Shown: one piece after another, positions 35,253 to 44,888 of the stretch
Position numbering within the stretch: the stretch's first letter is position 1
How the letters are laid out: each line of letters begins with the position of its first letter
From: an uncultured Elusimicrobia bacterium
GTDB taxonomy: Bacteria > Elusimicrobiota > Elusimicrobia > 2-02-FULL-39-32
NCBI GenBank assembly: GCA_964523525.1
Contig: CAZFYO010000001.1
Coordinates: 65,068 to 129,067 of the forward strand
Direction of reading: 5' to 3'
Length of the DNA stretch: 64,000 nucleotides
The notes under the pieces: generated by a model
The model's input: the letters and a program-made list of their open reading frames with translations, nothing else
Databases searched by the model: none
What the model was told of the DNA's origin: nothing
Program-made: the position numbers and the translations under genes

Positions 35253-35911
35253 ACGAAGAGCTCGCCAGGCTGGGAAAAAACTGGGAAGGGCGCATCAAGT
35301 CGATACAGAAAAACATCGCGGCGTCGGAAGCCCGCATGATGCCGGCGCCGATAACGGCTGCTCCCGCGCGATTTTCCGCGCCGGAAACCGGGTTGAAGTC
35401 GCAGTTCGAGGAACTTAAGCAGAGCCTCGCCGAGTTCGCCGCCGAATGGGGAAAGAACCGCCCGGCGGCCGCCTCTGTTTCGGGGCCCGATACCGCCCGC
35501 ATTGACGCGAGGCTCGGGGCGCTCGAGAAGCAGTGCGAAGATTTCAGAAACGCGCTTTCGGAAGTGCAGAAGATCGAATCGTTCATGAAGGACGCGCGCC
35601 AGAAGCAGTATGAGACGTTCGTCGAGGACCGCGGCAAGCTCCGCGTGGACTATCTGGATTTGAAGCAGGAAGTGACGCAGAAGCTGAAGATCATGCAGCT
35701 GCGCATCGAAGACCTCCTCGCGGCCAGCGCCGCGCAGTCGTTCAAAGCCGTGGACGCGCCCGAAGGCGAGGCGCACGACGTGTCCCATCTGAGCAGCATT
35801 GCGGGGACGGAGGAAAAAGGGTTCCTGCAGAGGCTGGCCGAATGGTGGAACGAGCCGGTCCTATCTTTCTCGAAAGACGAGCCGAAGGACGGTCCGACGG
35901 AAAATTCTTGA
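35249..35911 (+). CDS. Hypothetical helical protein, last gene of the coiled-coil operon
   Basis: 220 aa. ATGA overlap with the upstream gene. Predicted helical or coiled segments. No family recognised. Confidence 0.6.
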   Translation: MNEELARLGKNWEGRIKSIQKNIAASEARMMPAPITAAPARFSAPETGLKSQFEELKQSLAEFAAEWGKNRPAAASVSGPDTARIDARLGALEKQCEDFRNALSEVQKIESFMKDARQKQYETFVEDRGKLRVDYLDLKQEVTQKLKIMQLRIEDLLAASAAQSFKAVDAPEGEAHDVSHLSSIAGTEEKGFLQRLAEWWNEPVLSFSKDEPKDGPTENS

Positions 35912-35976
35912 CTCTCCGGCGCAAATGTGTTTCAATGAAACCTCTGATTTCCAACGCCGCATCCGGAGGTCGATAG

Positions 35977-36576
35977 ATGGGAGCAGATGTTCTAGTCCTC
36001 AACCGCAACTTTTACGCCGTCCACATCACCTCATGGCGGCGAGCCCTCTCCCTTCTGTATTTAGACCACGCCCGCGTCGTTGATCAGGAATATAAAACCT
36101 ACAGCTTTGCCGACTGGCGCGAACTCTCCCAGCTCGTCGACGACAATCCCGCCGGCTACGTTCGCACTCCTTCTTTCAAGATCGCCATCCCCGAAGTCAT
36201 CGCGCTCCGGATGTACGACGAGCTGCCCGTTTCCGAAGTCAAATTCACCCGGCGCAACATCTACGAGCACTACAGCTACATCTGCTGTTACTGCGGCAAG
36301 AAATTCGCCACGAACAATTTGAACCTGGAGCACATCATCCCGCGCTCGCGCGGCGGACAATCGACCTGGAGCAACGTCGTGACGTCCTGCATCGCCTGCA
36401 ACATCAAGAAGGGCAACAAGCTTCCCGAGGAAGCGGGCATGAAACTTTTGATCAAGCCCTCGAAGCCCAAGTGGCGCGGGGCGCAGTCGCTCATCCTGCA
36501 CGCTTCGTTCAAGGTGAAAGCCTCCTGGCAGCGCTTCGTGGACGCCGCCTACTGGAACACCGAGATCGAAGATTGA
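35977..36576 (+). CDS. HNH endonuclease family protein
   Basis: 199 aa. CCYCGKKFATNNLNLEHIIPRSRGGQSTWSNVVTSCIACNIKKGN is a complete HNH/Zn-finger motif. RBS GGAGG lies 7 nt upstream. Confidence 0.85.
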   Translation: MGADVLVLNRNFYAVHITSWRRALSLLYLDHARVVDQEYKTYSFADWRELSQLVDDNPAGYVRTPSFKIAIPEVIALRMYDELPVSEVKFTRRNIYEHYSYICCYCGKKFATNNLNLEHIIPRSRGGQSTWSNVVTSCIACNIKKGNKLPEEAGMKLLIKPSKPKWRGAQSLILHASFKVKASWQRFVDAAYWNTEIED

Positions 36577-36737
36577 CCTCCGAACCCGAACTCCAGCCCG
36601 ATTCCGAAGAAGCGGTCAAGGCGGCGCGCAAAAAAGCGTCGCAGGTCGGCCTTTTGCTGGGCGCTCTCACGCTGGTCCTCGGCTCGCTGGTCTGCCTCTT
36701 CTACCTGCTTTATTTCAAACCCTGGAAATTCCAGTAA
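36573..36737 (+). CDS. Possible 54-aa single-pass membrane peptide
   Basis: A TTG overlaps the HNH stop. The C-terminal TM reads VGLLLGALTLVLGSLVCLFYLLYF. The ORF-track version (36471..) overlaps HNH by about 100 nt and is unlikely as drawn. Weak call. Confidence 0.3.
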   Translation: MTSEPELQPDSEEAVKAARKKASQVGLLLGALTLVLGSLVCLFYLLYFKPWKFQ

Positions 36738-36771
36738 ATATCTGAAGATAATTATCTGAACGGAGGACTTT

Positions 36772-37086
36772 ATGTCAAATCCCGAATCGGGCCAGAAGGC
36801 GGGACAGATGCAGATCGAAATCGACGACGCGACGGCGCAGGGCGAGTACGCCAACCTCGCGCTGATCAGCCATTCCGAGACGGAGATGATCCTGGACTTC
36901 ATCTTTATCCAGCCGCAGGCCGCCAAAGCCAAGGTCCGGTCGCGCATCATCACCTCCCCATTGCACGCCAAGAAAGTCCTCCAGGCCCTCGAAGACAACA
37001 TCAAAAAGTATGAATCCCGATTCGGAAAGATTGAAACGGAAAACCCGCCCAGGACCGACGGCCCCAACATCGGTTTTTACCACTAG
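36772..37086 (+). CDS. DUF3467-like small protein
   Basis: 104 aa. GEYANLALISHSETEMILDFIFIQP...ARVRSRIITSPLHAKKVLQAL matches my recollection of the DUF3467 pattern. Confidence 0.65.
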   Translation: MSNPESGQKAGQMQIEIDDATAQGEYANLALISHSETEMILDFIFIQPQAAKAKVRSRIITSPLHAKKVLQALEDNIKKYESRFGKIETENPPRTDGPNIGFYH

Positions 37087-37116
37087 AACTTCAATCGTTC
37101 AAATTTAGGCGTTTCC

Positions 37117-38367
37117 ATGAGGATCGAGATTGTTTGCTTTGGCTCCGAGCTCCTGCTCGACAAGGTCAACACGAATTCGAACGCGATTGCGCAGAAACTG
37201 GAGTCGCTGGGTTTTGAAGTCCGCCAGGTTGTCACCGTCGGCGACGATCCTGCGGACGTAACGCAGGCCCTGCGCGAATCGCTCCGGCGCTCGGACGCGG
37301 TCCTCACCTGCGGCGGGCTCGGTCCTACGTTCGATGATCTCACCCGAGACTGCGCGTCTAAAGTCGTTAACCGCCCGCTCATCTACTCCAGATCCATCCA
37401 CGACCGCATCGCGGCCCGTTTCCGTTCCGTTCACCTTGCCATGCCCGCGGAAAACAAAAATCAGGCCTATCTCGTGCAGGGCGCAAAGGAAATCCCGAAC
37501 GCTTTCGGCACCGCCCCGGGCCAGATCATTGAATGGAAAGGTAAAAGCCTGATTCTGCTGCCGGGACCCGCCAAAGAATGCCTGCCGATGATGGATCAGG
37601 CGGTTCTTCCCTATTTCAGGCGGCGTTTTAAGGCGCAAATTTCAAAGCGGCTCATGCTGCACGTTTACGGGCATCCGGAATCGGCCATCGATGAATTGAT
37701 CCAGCCCGTGGTGGCGAAAATGTGGAAAGAAAAGGGCGCCGCGGCCGTCTTTGGCATTCTGGCGCACCGTTCCATTATCGACGTGAAGGCGACGGTGCGG
37801 GGCAAAAATCGCGCGGCGGTCGAAAAAATGGTCCGGCAGATTAAATCCGAGCTTCAATGGATTTTGGGAGAGAAGGTTTACGGGGAAGATGACGATACGC
37901 TGGAGTCCGTCGCGGGCGGCCTGTTAAAAGCGAGGCGGCAGACCCTGGCGACGGCGGAATCCTGCACGGGCGGGCGGATCGCCAACAAGATTACGGATAT
38001 CGCTGGAAGCTCCTCATATTTCATGGAAGGGGCCGTGACCTACTCCAACGCGAGCAAAATGCGGATCCTGGGCGTGAGAAAAGCGACTTTGGGCAAGTTT
38101 GGCGCGGTGAGCGAGGAATGCGCGGAAGAAATGGCGCGGGGAATCCGCGAGCGGGCAAAAGCGGATTGGGGTCTTTCCGTAACGGGCATCGCCGGGCCCG
38201 ACGGCGGCAGCCAAGCGAAACCCATCGGCACCGTTTATTTCGGGATTGCTTCGAAGCTCGGCGTAAAAACCGTCCGAAAGAATTTTTTTGGCACCCGGAC
38301 CGAGATCAAGGAAAAATCCGCGCTTTTCGCGCTCAACTTTCTTCGGCTGGAGTTATTGAAGAGGTAA
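37117..38367 (+). CDS. cinA: CinA family protein (MoCF-like domain + nicotinamide-nucleotide amidohydrolase PncC domain)
   Basis: 416 aa. MRIEIVCFGSELLLDKVNTNSNAIAQKL..., TCGGLGPTFDDLT, and C-terminal ESCTGG...GIAGP motifs. Confidence 0.9.
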   Translation: MRIEIVCFGSELLLDKVNTNSNAIAQKLESLGFEVRQVVTVGDDPADVTQALRESLRRSDAVLTCGGLGPTFDDLTRDCASKVVNRPLIYSRSIHDRIAARFRSVHLAMPAENKNQAYLVQGAKEIPNAFGTAPGQIIEWKGKSLILLPGPAKECLPMMDQAVLPYFRRRFKAQISKRLMLHVYGHPESAIDELIQPVVAKMWKEKGAAAVFGILAHRSIIDVKATVRGKNRAAVEKMVRQIKSELQWILGEKVYGEDDDTLESVAGGLLKARRQTLATAESCTGGRIANKITDIAGSSSYFMEGAVTYSNASKMRILGVRKATLGKFGAVSEECAEEMARGIRERAKADWGLSVTGIAGPDGGSQAKPIGTVYFGIASKLGVKTVRKNFFGTRTEIKEKSALFALNFLRLELLKR

Positions 38368-38389
38368 AACTTCCGAAACAGCTGGGATT

Positions 38390-41300
38390 TTAGACGATGA
38401 AGTACTTGGCTTCGGGGTGGTGGACGACGATGGCGGTGGTGGACTGTTCGGGCACTAAGTGAAACTCTTCCGTTAACTCAATTCCAATCTTCTCCGCCGG
38501 TAAAATTTTGAATAGCTTCGCCTGATCTTCCAGGTTGGGGCAGGCCGGGTAGCCGAAACTGTAGCGCGATCCCCGGTATTTTTGATGGAACAGCCCCTCG
38601 ATGTCCGCCGCATCCTCCTTGTCGAAGTCCCAATCCTTCCGGATCATCCGGTGCGTATATTCCGCCAGCGCCTCCGCCGACTCCACCGACATGCCGTGCA
38701 GGTATAAATAATCCGTATATTGGTTGGCCTTAAAGAGTTTCTGCTCGACTTCGCTCGCGCGCGGGCCCACCGTAACGGTTTGGAACGCGACCACGTCGAT
38801 CTGCTTGCTTTCAATCGGACGGAAAAAATCCGAAAGGCAGTGATAGGGCGGATTTTTCTGCCGCGGGAACGTAAAGCGGACGATTTCGGACTTCTGGTCC
38901 TCGCCCAGGATGATCAGGTCGTCGCCTTTTGAGACGCAGGGGAAATATCCGTAAAGAACCCGCGGCTCGATGATTTTTTCGCGGACGCAGCGCTCCTGCA
39001 TCTCCTTAAAAAGCGGTTCCACCTTCCCCTTAACAATCTTCTCGTACTCTTCTTTGGATAGACCTGCCTGCTTGAACTGCCATTGGCCCTTAAACAGCGC
39101 GGTTTTGTTGATATAAGGATAAACCTGTGCCGGCGTGATGTTTTTCAAAATCTTGTAGCCCCAGAACGGCGGTTTGGGGATTGGATTATCCATCGCGACG
39201 CCTGAACGCGAGGGAATCGGGCCCTTTTTGTGGCCATTGGCCAACGGCTGGACTTTGGGCCTTGCCTTGGGCGTTTCAAGCTCTTTCAGCTTTGCGGGGT
39301 CTTTCAGGCCTTCCATAACGTGCAGCGCCGAGAAAGCGTCCTGGCCGTAAAAAACCTTGCCGTCATAGACGCTGCGCAGGTCTTCTTCGACATATTTCCG
39401 GTTCAGCGCCGCCCCGCCGCAAATCACGGGGATTTTGAGGCCGCGTTTGTTCATTTCTTCCAAATCTTCTTTCATCACAAGCGTGGATTTCACGAGCAGT
39501 CCCGAAAGCCCGATGATGTCCGCCTTGTTTTCCTCGGTCGCGGCCAAAATATTCTCGATCGGTTGTTTGATGCCGAGATTAAACACCTTGTAGCCGTTAT
39601 TTGTCAGGATGATATCGACTAAATTTTTTCCGATGTCGTGTACATCGCCCTTTACGGTGGCCAGCACCATCCGGCCTTTCTCATTTCCTGAAACCTTTTC
39701 CATGTGCGGCTCGAGATAGGCCACGGCTTTTTTCATGACTTCGGCGGATTGCAGCACGAAAGGCAGCTGCATCTTGCCCGCGCCGAAAAGCTCGCCCACC
39801 ACTTTCATGCCGTCCATCAGAAAAGTATTGATGATGTCGAGCGCGCTGTGTTTCTTTAGAGCCTCGTCCAGCTCTTTTTCGAGCTGATCCCGGCTGCCAT
39901 CGATGATCTTGTGCTTGAGCGACTCCTCGACCGTATCGTACTGCTTCTTTTTCTCGACTTTCTTTTCGGTCCCGCCGCGCTTTTGGAAGTAAGCGATCAA
40001 GTCCTGCAGGGGATCGGACTTTTCCATTTCATTGAAGATCAGGCGGCGGCAGATTTCGCGCGCTTCTTCTTCGATCTTGAAAAGGGGAATGATCTTGGCG
40101 GCGTGAACAATCGCCGCATCGAGGCCGGCTTCGATCGCGTAATGCAGAAAAACGCTGTTTAGATAGGTGCGCGACTCGGGCGATAAGCCGAACGAGATGT
40201 TGCTGAGGCCCAGCACCGTGCGGACGCCGGGAATCTTCTGCTTGATGAGCCGGATGGCTTCAATCGTTTCGATGCCGGCGTTGCGGAACTCCGCATCGCC
40301 GCTGCCGAGCGTAAACGTTAACGTATCGAAGAAAATGTCTTCGGCGCGGATGCCGTACTTTGTGGTCGCTAAATCGTGGATGCGCTGGGCGATCTCAAAT
40401 TTTTTGTGGCGGTCTTTCGCCATTCCCTTTTCGTCGATGGTGAGCGCGATGAGCCCCGCGCCGTAGCGTTTCGCCATAGGGCAGACCTTCATCATGCGCT
40501 CTTCGCCGTCTTCGAGGTTGATCGAGTTGATGATCGCCTTGCCGCTGGTGCGCTTGAGCGCTTCTTCCAGCACCGGCGCTTCAGTGGAGTCGATCACGAG
40601 CGGCACCGTCACCTGCTGGTTCAGCCGCGTGATCACCTCGTTCATGTCGCGGACTTCGTTCCGCCCGACGTAAGCGGTGCAGACGTCCAGCATGTGCGAA
40701 CCCTCGGCGACCGATTCGCGCGCCATCGCCGTAATGCCGTCGTAATCTTCTTTCTCGAGCAGCTGCTTGAAAAGCCGGCTGCCGTTGGCGTTGGTGCGCT
40801 CGCCGATCAGGAGAGGCGGCGGCTCCTGGCGATACGTGACCGCGGAATAAAGGCTGGCGGCGCTCGGCTCGCGCTCAATTTTCCGCGCGAGAGGCTTTAA
40901 GCCCCCAACGCGCTTCGCCACCTCCGCCAAATGCTCCGGCGTCGTGCCGCAGCATCCGCCGACGATAGACACGCCAAACTCTTTCACGAAGCGCTCGTGG
41001 TAATCGGCCAATTCTTTGGGCGATAGCTTATAGACCGCGCGGCCGCCGACATTTTCGGGCAGACCCGCGTTGGGCTGGATGGAAACGGGAATGCGCGCGT
41101 GCTGGCAGAGGTAGCGGACGTTATCCACCATCTCGCGCGGGCCCGTGGCGCAGTTCATGCCGATGATGTCGATGGGCAGCATCTCGAGCGCGGTGAGCGC
41201 GGCGCCCGCTTCGCTGCCGAGCAGCATCGTTCCGGTCTGCTCGACGGTAATCTGCGTGATAATGGGAACGCGATAGCCGACTTTGGCCATCGTTTCGTTC

Positions 41301-41815
41301 GCGGCGATGACGGCAATTTTAATCTGGAGCAGATCCTGGCAGGTTTCGATCAGCAGAACGTCGGGCTTGCCCTGCAAAAGGCCCGTGAACTGTTCGCAAT
41401 AGAGCGCGTACATCTCGTCAAAGGAAATATGACCCAGCGTGGGGAGTTTGGTCGTGGGGCCGACGGAGCCGGCGACGAAACGGGGCTTGTCCGGCGTGGA
41501 ATACTTATCCGCGCATTTGCGCGCGAGCTCGACCGCCTTGCGGTTCAGCTCCAGCACCTTGTCGCCGATATCGTATTCGTTCAGCACCAGCCGGCTCGAG
41601 CCGAACGTGTTGCTTTCCAGCACGTCGCATCCGGCTTTCAGGAAACTTTCATGGACCGCCGCCACCGCTTCGGGTTTGGTCTCGATGAGATATTCGTTGC
41701 AGCCGTCCTTCCCGCCGAAATCGGAGGGTTTCAGGTTCATGTACTGCAGATTGGTTCCCATCGCCCCGTCGAAAATGAGGATTTTTTGCGAGACGGCTTT
41801 CAGAAAATCGCTCAT
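38390..41815 (-). CDS. metH: Cobalamin-dependent methionine synthase
   Basis: Starts at MSDFLKAVSQKILIFDGAMGT. Has homocysteine-binding, pterin-binding, B12-binding (GDVHDIGKN) and AdoMet-activation domains. The ATG at 41815 overlaps the aroD stop (ATGA). The ORF extension to 41938 is rejected. Confidence 0.95.
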   Translation of the reverse strand: MSDFLKAVSQKILIFDGAMGTNLQYMNLKPSDFGGKDGCNEYLIETKPEAVAAVHESFLKAGCDVLESNTFGSSRLVLNEYDIGDKVLELNRKAVELARKCADKYSTPDKPRFVAGSVGPTTKLPTLGHISFDEMYALYCEQFTGLLQGKPDVLLIETCQDLLQIKIAVIAANETMAKVGYRVPIITQITVEQTGTMLLGSEAGAALTALEMLPIDIIGMNCATGPREMVDNVRYLCQHARIPVSIQPNAGLPENVGGRAVYKLSPKELADYHERFVKEFGVSIVGGCCGTTPEHLAEVAKRVGGLKPLARKIEREPSAASLYSAVTYRQEPPPLLIGERTNANGSRLFKQLLEKEDYDGITAMARESVAEGSHMLDVCTAYVGRNEVRDMNEVITRLNQQVTVPLVIDSTEAPVLEEALKRTSGKAIINSINLEDGEERMMKVCPMAKRYGAGLIALTIDEKGMAKDRHKKFEIAQRIHDLATTKYGIRAEDIFFDTLTFTLGSGDAEFRNAGIETIEAIRLIKQKIPGVRTVLGLSNISFGLSPESRTYLNSVFLHYAIEAGLDAAIVHAAKIIPLFKIEEEAREICRRLIFNEMEKSDPLQDLIAYFQKRGGTEKKVEKKKQYDTVEESLKHKIIDGSRDQLEKELDEALKKHSALDIINTFLMDGMKVVGELFGAGKMQLPFVLQSAEVMKKAVAYLEPHMEKVSGNEKGRMVLATVKGDVHDIGKNLVDIILTNNGYKVFNLGIKQPIENILAATEENKADIIGLSGLLVKSTLVMKEDLEEMNKRGLKIPVICGGAALNRKYVEEDLRSVYDGKVFYGQDAFSALHVMEGLKDPAKLKELETPKARPKVQPLANGHKKGPIPSRSGVAMDNPIPKPPFWGYKILKNITPAQVYPYINKTALFKGQWQFKQAGLSKEEYEKIVKGKVEPLFKEMQERCVREKIIEPRVLYGYFPCVSKGDDLIILGEDQKSEIVRFTFPRQKNPPYHCLSDFFRPIESKQIDVVAFQTVTVGPRASEVEQKLFKANQYTDYLYLHGMSVESAEALAEYTHRMIRKDWDFDKEDAADIEGLFHQKYRGSRYSFGYPACPNLEDQAKLFKILPAEKIGIELTEEFHLVPEQSTTAIVVHHPEAKYFIV

Positions 41816-42585
41816 TTGGATTTTGAAATCTGTCCCGGCTGTAGTTTCCGATAAACCATCGCGAGGTCTTTCACCGGAACCTGGCCGGGAGCGGCGGAAC
41901 GGCCGATGAATCCGTAGGTCAGGCAAGACCCGAAGCAAAACCCGGCGAGACGCGAGACTTTTCCCTCGTCGCCCATCGCGATGAAGGATTTATGGATGGA
42001 ATCGGGCCTGAGACAGGCCAGCATGAAGCGCAGGACTCCGAGGCGATCCTTGGGCCGCGCGGCGATCTTCAAAATATCGCCCTTCAGCATTTTGAACTGG
42101 GCCGTGAGCTTGGCAATACGCCGATCGTTGGGAACGCCGGAGAAATCGTGATAGGAAAGCACCGTTTTAACGCGGGCCTTGCGGGCCGCGGCGCAGACTT
42201 TTCCCGCGATGCGGCTGTTCAGCTCCACATCCAGTAAATCGGCGAAAGGCAATGCTTGGAGATAGAGTTGGAGGCGCTCTGAATCGCCCAGCCGCGCGAA
42301 AACCTTTGGGCGCCCATTCGCAGGGCCCTGTTCGCGGGGATCCCGCACGGTAATTAAGATGGGTAAAGCCGCAGATTTGCGGATCTGGGACAGGATGGAA
42401 GCAAGCGCATCGCGCTGGCCGCGGCTGAAGCTATCAATACGGATTTCGAGAACGTCAGCCCCGTCTTTTTTGGCTTTTTTTGCTTGGGCGGGAAGATCAG
42501 AAGGGCCCAGAAGGGTCGCGACCACGCGCGGCCGTTGGGCGATGAGGCTTAAGATATCATTGTTTTGTCGGATCAGGCGTACCAT
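41812..42585 (-). CDS. aroD: Type I 3-dehydroquinate dehydratase
   Basis: 257 aa. VVATLLG...GADVLEIRIDSF and VLSYHDF contexts typical of type I DHQase. By-eye assignment. Confidence 0.7.
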   Translation of the reverse strand: MVRLIRQNNDILSLIAQRPRVVATLLGPSDLPAQAKKAKKDGADVLEIRIDSFSRGQRDALASILSQIRKSAALPILITVRDPREQGPANGRPKVFARLGDSERLQLYLQALPFADLLDVELNSRIAGKVCAAARKARVKTVLSYHDFSGVPNDRRIAKLTAQFKMLKGDILKIAARPKDRLGVLRFMLACLRPDSIHKSFIAMGDEGKVSRLAGFCFGSCLTYGFIGRSAAPGQVPVKDLAMVYRKLQPGQISKSK

Positions 42586-42606
42586 TCTATCAAATCCTGG
42601 CTTTCG

Positions 42607-43755
42607 TCAAATCTTCGCCGCGGTTTTCTTCGCCTGTTTTTCCTCGGCGCGCGCGTCATGCGCCGCCAGATATTCCTTTTTGAAGGCCTCGTAGCGGCCT
42701 TCAACGATGGCCTTGCGGGCTTCGCGGACGAGATTTAAGAGGACGTAAAGGTTGTGGATGCTCGCCAGCCGCATGCCGAGCATCTCGTGCTCGCGCAGGA
42801 GATGGTTGATGTAGGAGCGGCTGTACTTTTTGCAGACGGAACAGCCGCATTTTTCGTCGAGCGGGCGGTCGTCGGACTCCAGCTTCTGGCCGCGCATGTT
42901 GAAGCGTCCGTCGTGCGTGAAAATCGTGCCGTGGCGCGCGCATTGCGTGGGGAACGTGCTGTCAAAGACGTCGACGCCGAGCGCGACCGAGTCCAGCAGT
43001 TCGCGGATCGAGCCCACGCCCATGAGATAACGCGGTTTGTGCTTGGGCAGAAGGTGGGTCGACTCGGAAAGCAGGCGCATCATCTCTTCCTTGGTCTCGC
43101 CGATGGAAAGGCCGCCGATGCCGTAGCCGTCCGGGTCGAGCTTCTCCATCTGCTCGGTGCACCAGGCGCGGAGCTCGGAGTTGGTGCCGCCCTGCGTGAT
43201 GGCAAAAATCTGCGGCACGCCGATTTTGCGGCCGTATTCTACGCCGCGGCGCGCCCAATCGACGGAGCGCTGCGTCGCCTCTTTAACTTTGGCGGGCGTG
43301 GCGTCGTGCTTCGGGCAATCGTCCAGCAGCATGGCGACGTCCGCCCCGATCGCCTTGTGCATGTCCATGCAAACTTCGGGCGTATAAAGCCGGTTGGCGC
43401 CGTTGTAATAATCCTTGTAATGCAGGCCCTCATCGGAAATGCGGATATTGAAGCCGTCGCGGATGATCTGAAACCCGCCCGAATCGGTGATGATGGCGCC
43501 GTCCCAGCGCATGAAATTGTGCAGTCCGCCAACGCGCTTCAGGTTTTCCAGTCCCGGCCGCACGTAGAGATGCAAAGCGTTCGAAATAATCATTTCCGCG
43601 CCGATTTCGCGCAATTCTTCGACGGAAACCGTTTTCACGGAACCCTTGGTCGCGACCGGCATGAATGCGGGCGTGTGGATCTCGCCATGATTGGTCGTGA
43701 GAATCCCGGCGCGGGCTTCGGTGTTTTTATCTTGAGCGACAATTTTAAATGGCAT
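42607..43755 (-). CDS. tgt: Queuine tRNA-ribosyltransferase
   Basis: MPFKIVAQDKNTEARAGILTTNHGEIHTPAFMPVATKGSVK..., DSGGFQ, and the Zn site CGCSVCKKYSRSYINHL. The ORF extension to 43878 is rejected. Confidence 0.92.
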   Translation of the reverse strand: MPFKIVAQDKNTEARAGILTTNHGEIHTPAFMPVATKGSVKTVSVEELREIGAEMIISNALHLYVRPGLENLKRVGGLHNFMRWDGAIITDSGGFQIIRDGFNIRISDEGLHYKDYYNGANRLYTPEVCMDMHKAIGADVAMLLDDCPKHDATPAKVKEATQRSVDWARRGVEYGRKIGVPQIFAITQGGTNSELRAWCTEQMEKLDPDGYGIGGLSIGETKEEMMRLLSESTHLLPKHKPRYLMGVGSIRELLDSVALGVDVFDSTFPTQCARHGTIFTHDGRFNMRGQKLESDDRPLDEKCGCSVCKKYSRSYINHLLREHEMLGMRLASIHNLYVLLNLVREARKAIVEGRYEAFKKEYLAAHDARAEEKQAKKTAAKI

Positions 43756-43793
43756 AGGAATTAAAAGATGAAGATAGAGATTTAAAAAATAGA

Positions 43794-44849
43794 TTACCTG
43801 TAAATTAACATGCCGTCGCCCAAACTGAAGAAGCGGTAACGCTTTTCGATGGCTTCTTTGTAAGCATCCATCAGCCACTCTTTGCCGGCGAAAGCGCAGG
43901 CCAGCAGCAGCAAAGTGGATTCAGGCAGATGAAAATTTGTCAGAGCGCCCGCGTAGGGAAACGCGAAACGATGGCCGGGATAAATGTAGATATCGGTCCA
44001 GCCGGAGCCCACCGCCACGCGGCCATTTTGGGTGGCGCTCTCCAAAGTTCGGATGCTGGTGGTTCCGACCGCAAAGCAGCGGCGTCCCGCCTCAATCGCC
44101 GCGTTGATTTTAGCAGCCGTCTCAGGGGTCACGTCAAAATATTCGGGATGCATCTTCCATTCCTCGACGGTATCTACGCGGATCGGAGCGAACGTTCCGA
44201 TGCCGACATGCAGGGTCAAATATGCGAACTCGACGCCCTTATCTTCCAATTGTTTCATCAATTCGGGCGTGAAATGAAGGCCGGCTGTAGGGGCGGCCAA
44301 AGAACCCTGGATTTTGGAATAAACGGTTTGATAGCGGCTTTGGTCTTCCATCTTTTTCTTAATATAAGGAGGGATGGGAAGCTCGCCGGCGGCTTCAATC
44401 TGGTCGGGCCGGTCAAATTCGATTTTATATTGAGCGCCTTTGGTGTTTTCCACTACTTTGGCCTTCAGCTCGGCCCCGGATTTAGAACCATCGCCGGATG
44501 GGTTGATGGGGAATATCAGCGTCATGCCGGGTTTGATGTTGGAACCGCGAATCAAAGCGTCGCGCACCGGACTCGTATCCGAAGCGCTCCCGTTCAGCCG
44601 CGGCAAAACCAAACAGTCTACTTTCCCGCCGGTCTCTTTCTTGCCGATCAGCTTGGCCTTCGCCACCCGGGTGTTGTTAACAATCAGGAGGTCGCCCTTC
44701 CGGAAATAATCCGGCAGGTTTTTGATCTGGCGATGCTCGCGCGCGCCATCCGTCCCTAGAACCAAAAGTTTGGCGTCCTCGCGGTTGGGAAGTCCCTCTT
44801 GAGCGATCAGCTCCTTGGGCAGGGGATAGTCGAATTCCGATAACAGCAT
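43794..44849 (-). CDS. queA: S-adenosylmethionine:tRNA ribosyltransferase-isomerase
   Basis: MLLSEFDYPLPKELIAQ..., PPYIKK and VGTTSIRTLES motifs. An alternative ATG lies 18 nt upstream (44867). Confidence 0.9.
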   Translation of the reverse strand: MLLSEFDYPLPKELIAQEGLPNREDAKLLVLGTDGAREHRQIKNLPDYFRKGDLLIVNNTRVAKAKLIGKKETGGKVDCLVLPRLNGSASDTSPVRDALIRGSNIKPGMTLIFPINPSGDGSKSGAELKAKVVENTKGAQYKIEFDRPDQIEAAGELPIPPYIKKKMEDQSRYQTVYSKIQGSLAAPTAGLHFTPELMKQLEDKGVEFAYLTLHVGIGTFAPIRVDTVEEWKMHPEYFDVTPETAAKINAAIEAGRRCFAVGTTSIRTLESATQNGRVAVGSGWTDIYIYPGHRFAFPYAGALTNFHLPESTLLLLACAFAGKEWLMDAYKEAIEKRYRFFSLGDGMLIYR

Positions 44850-44888
44850 AGCGCGTAATTTTACCAAATTTGCGTCGAAGGCCCTAAA

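Noticed and set aside
24197-35911. Reading the locus as a normal flagellar gene cluster.
   Set aside because: Only FliF-like and FliG-like sequence is present, fused in one protein. No fliM/N, flhA/B, fliPQR, flg rod/hook, fliC or motAB genes occur anywhere in the 64 kb, and the neighbours are PorV-like and coiled-coil genes.
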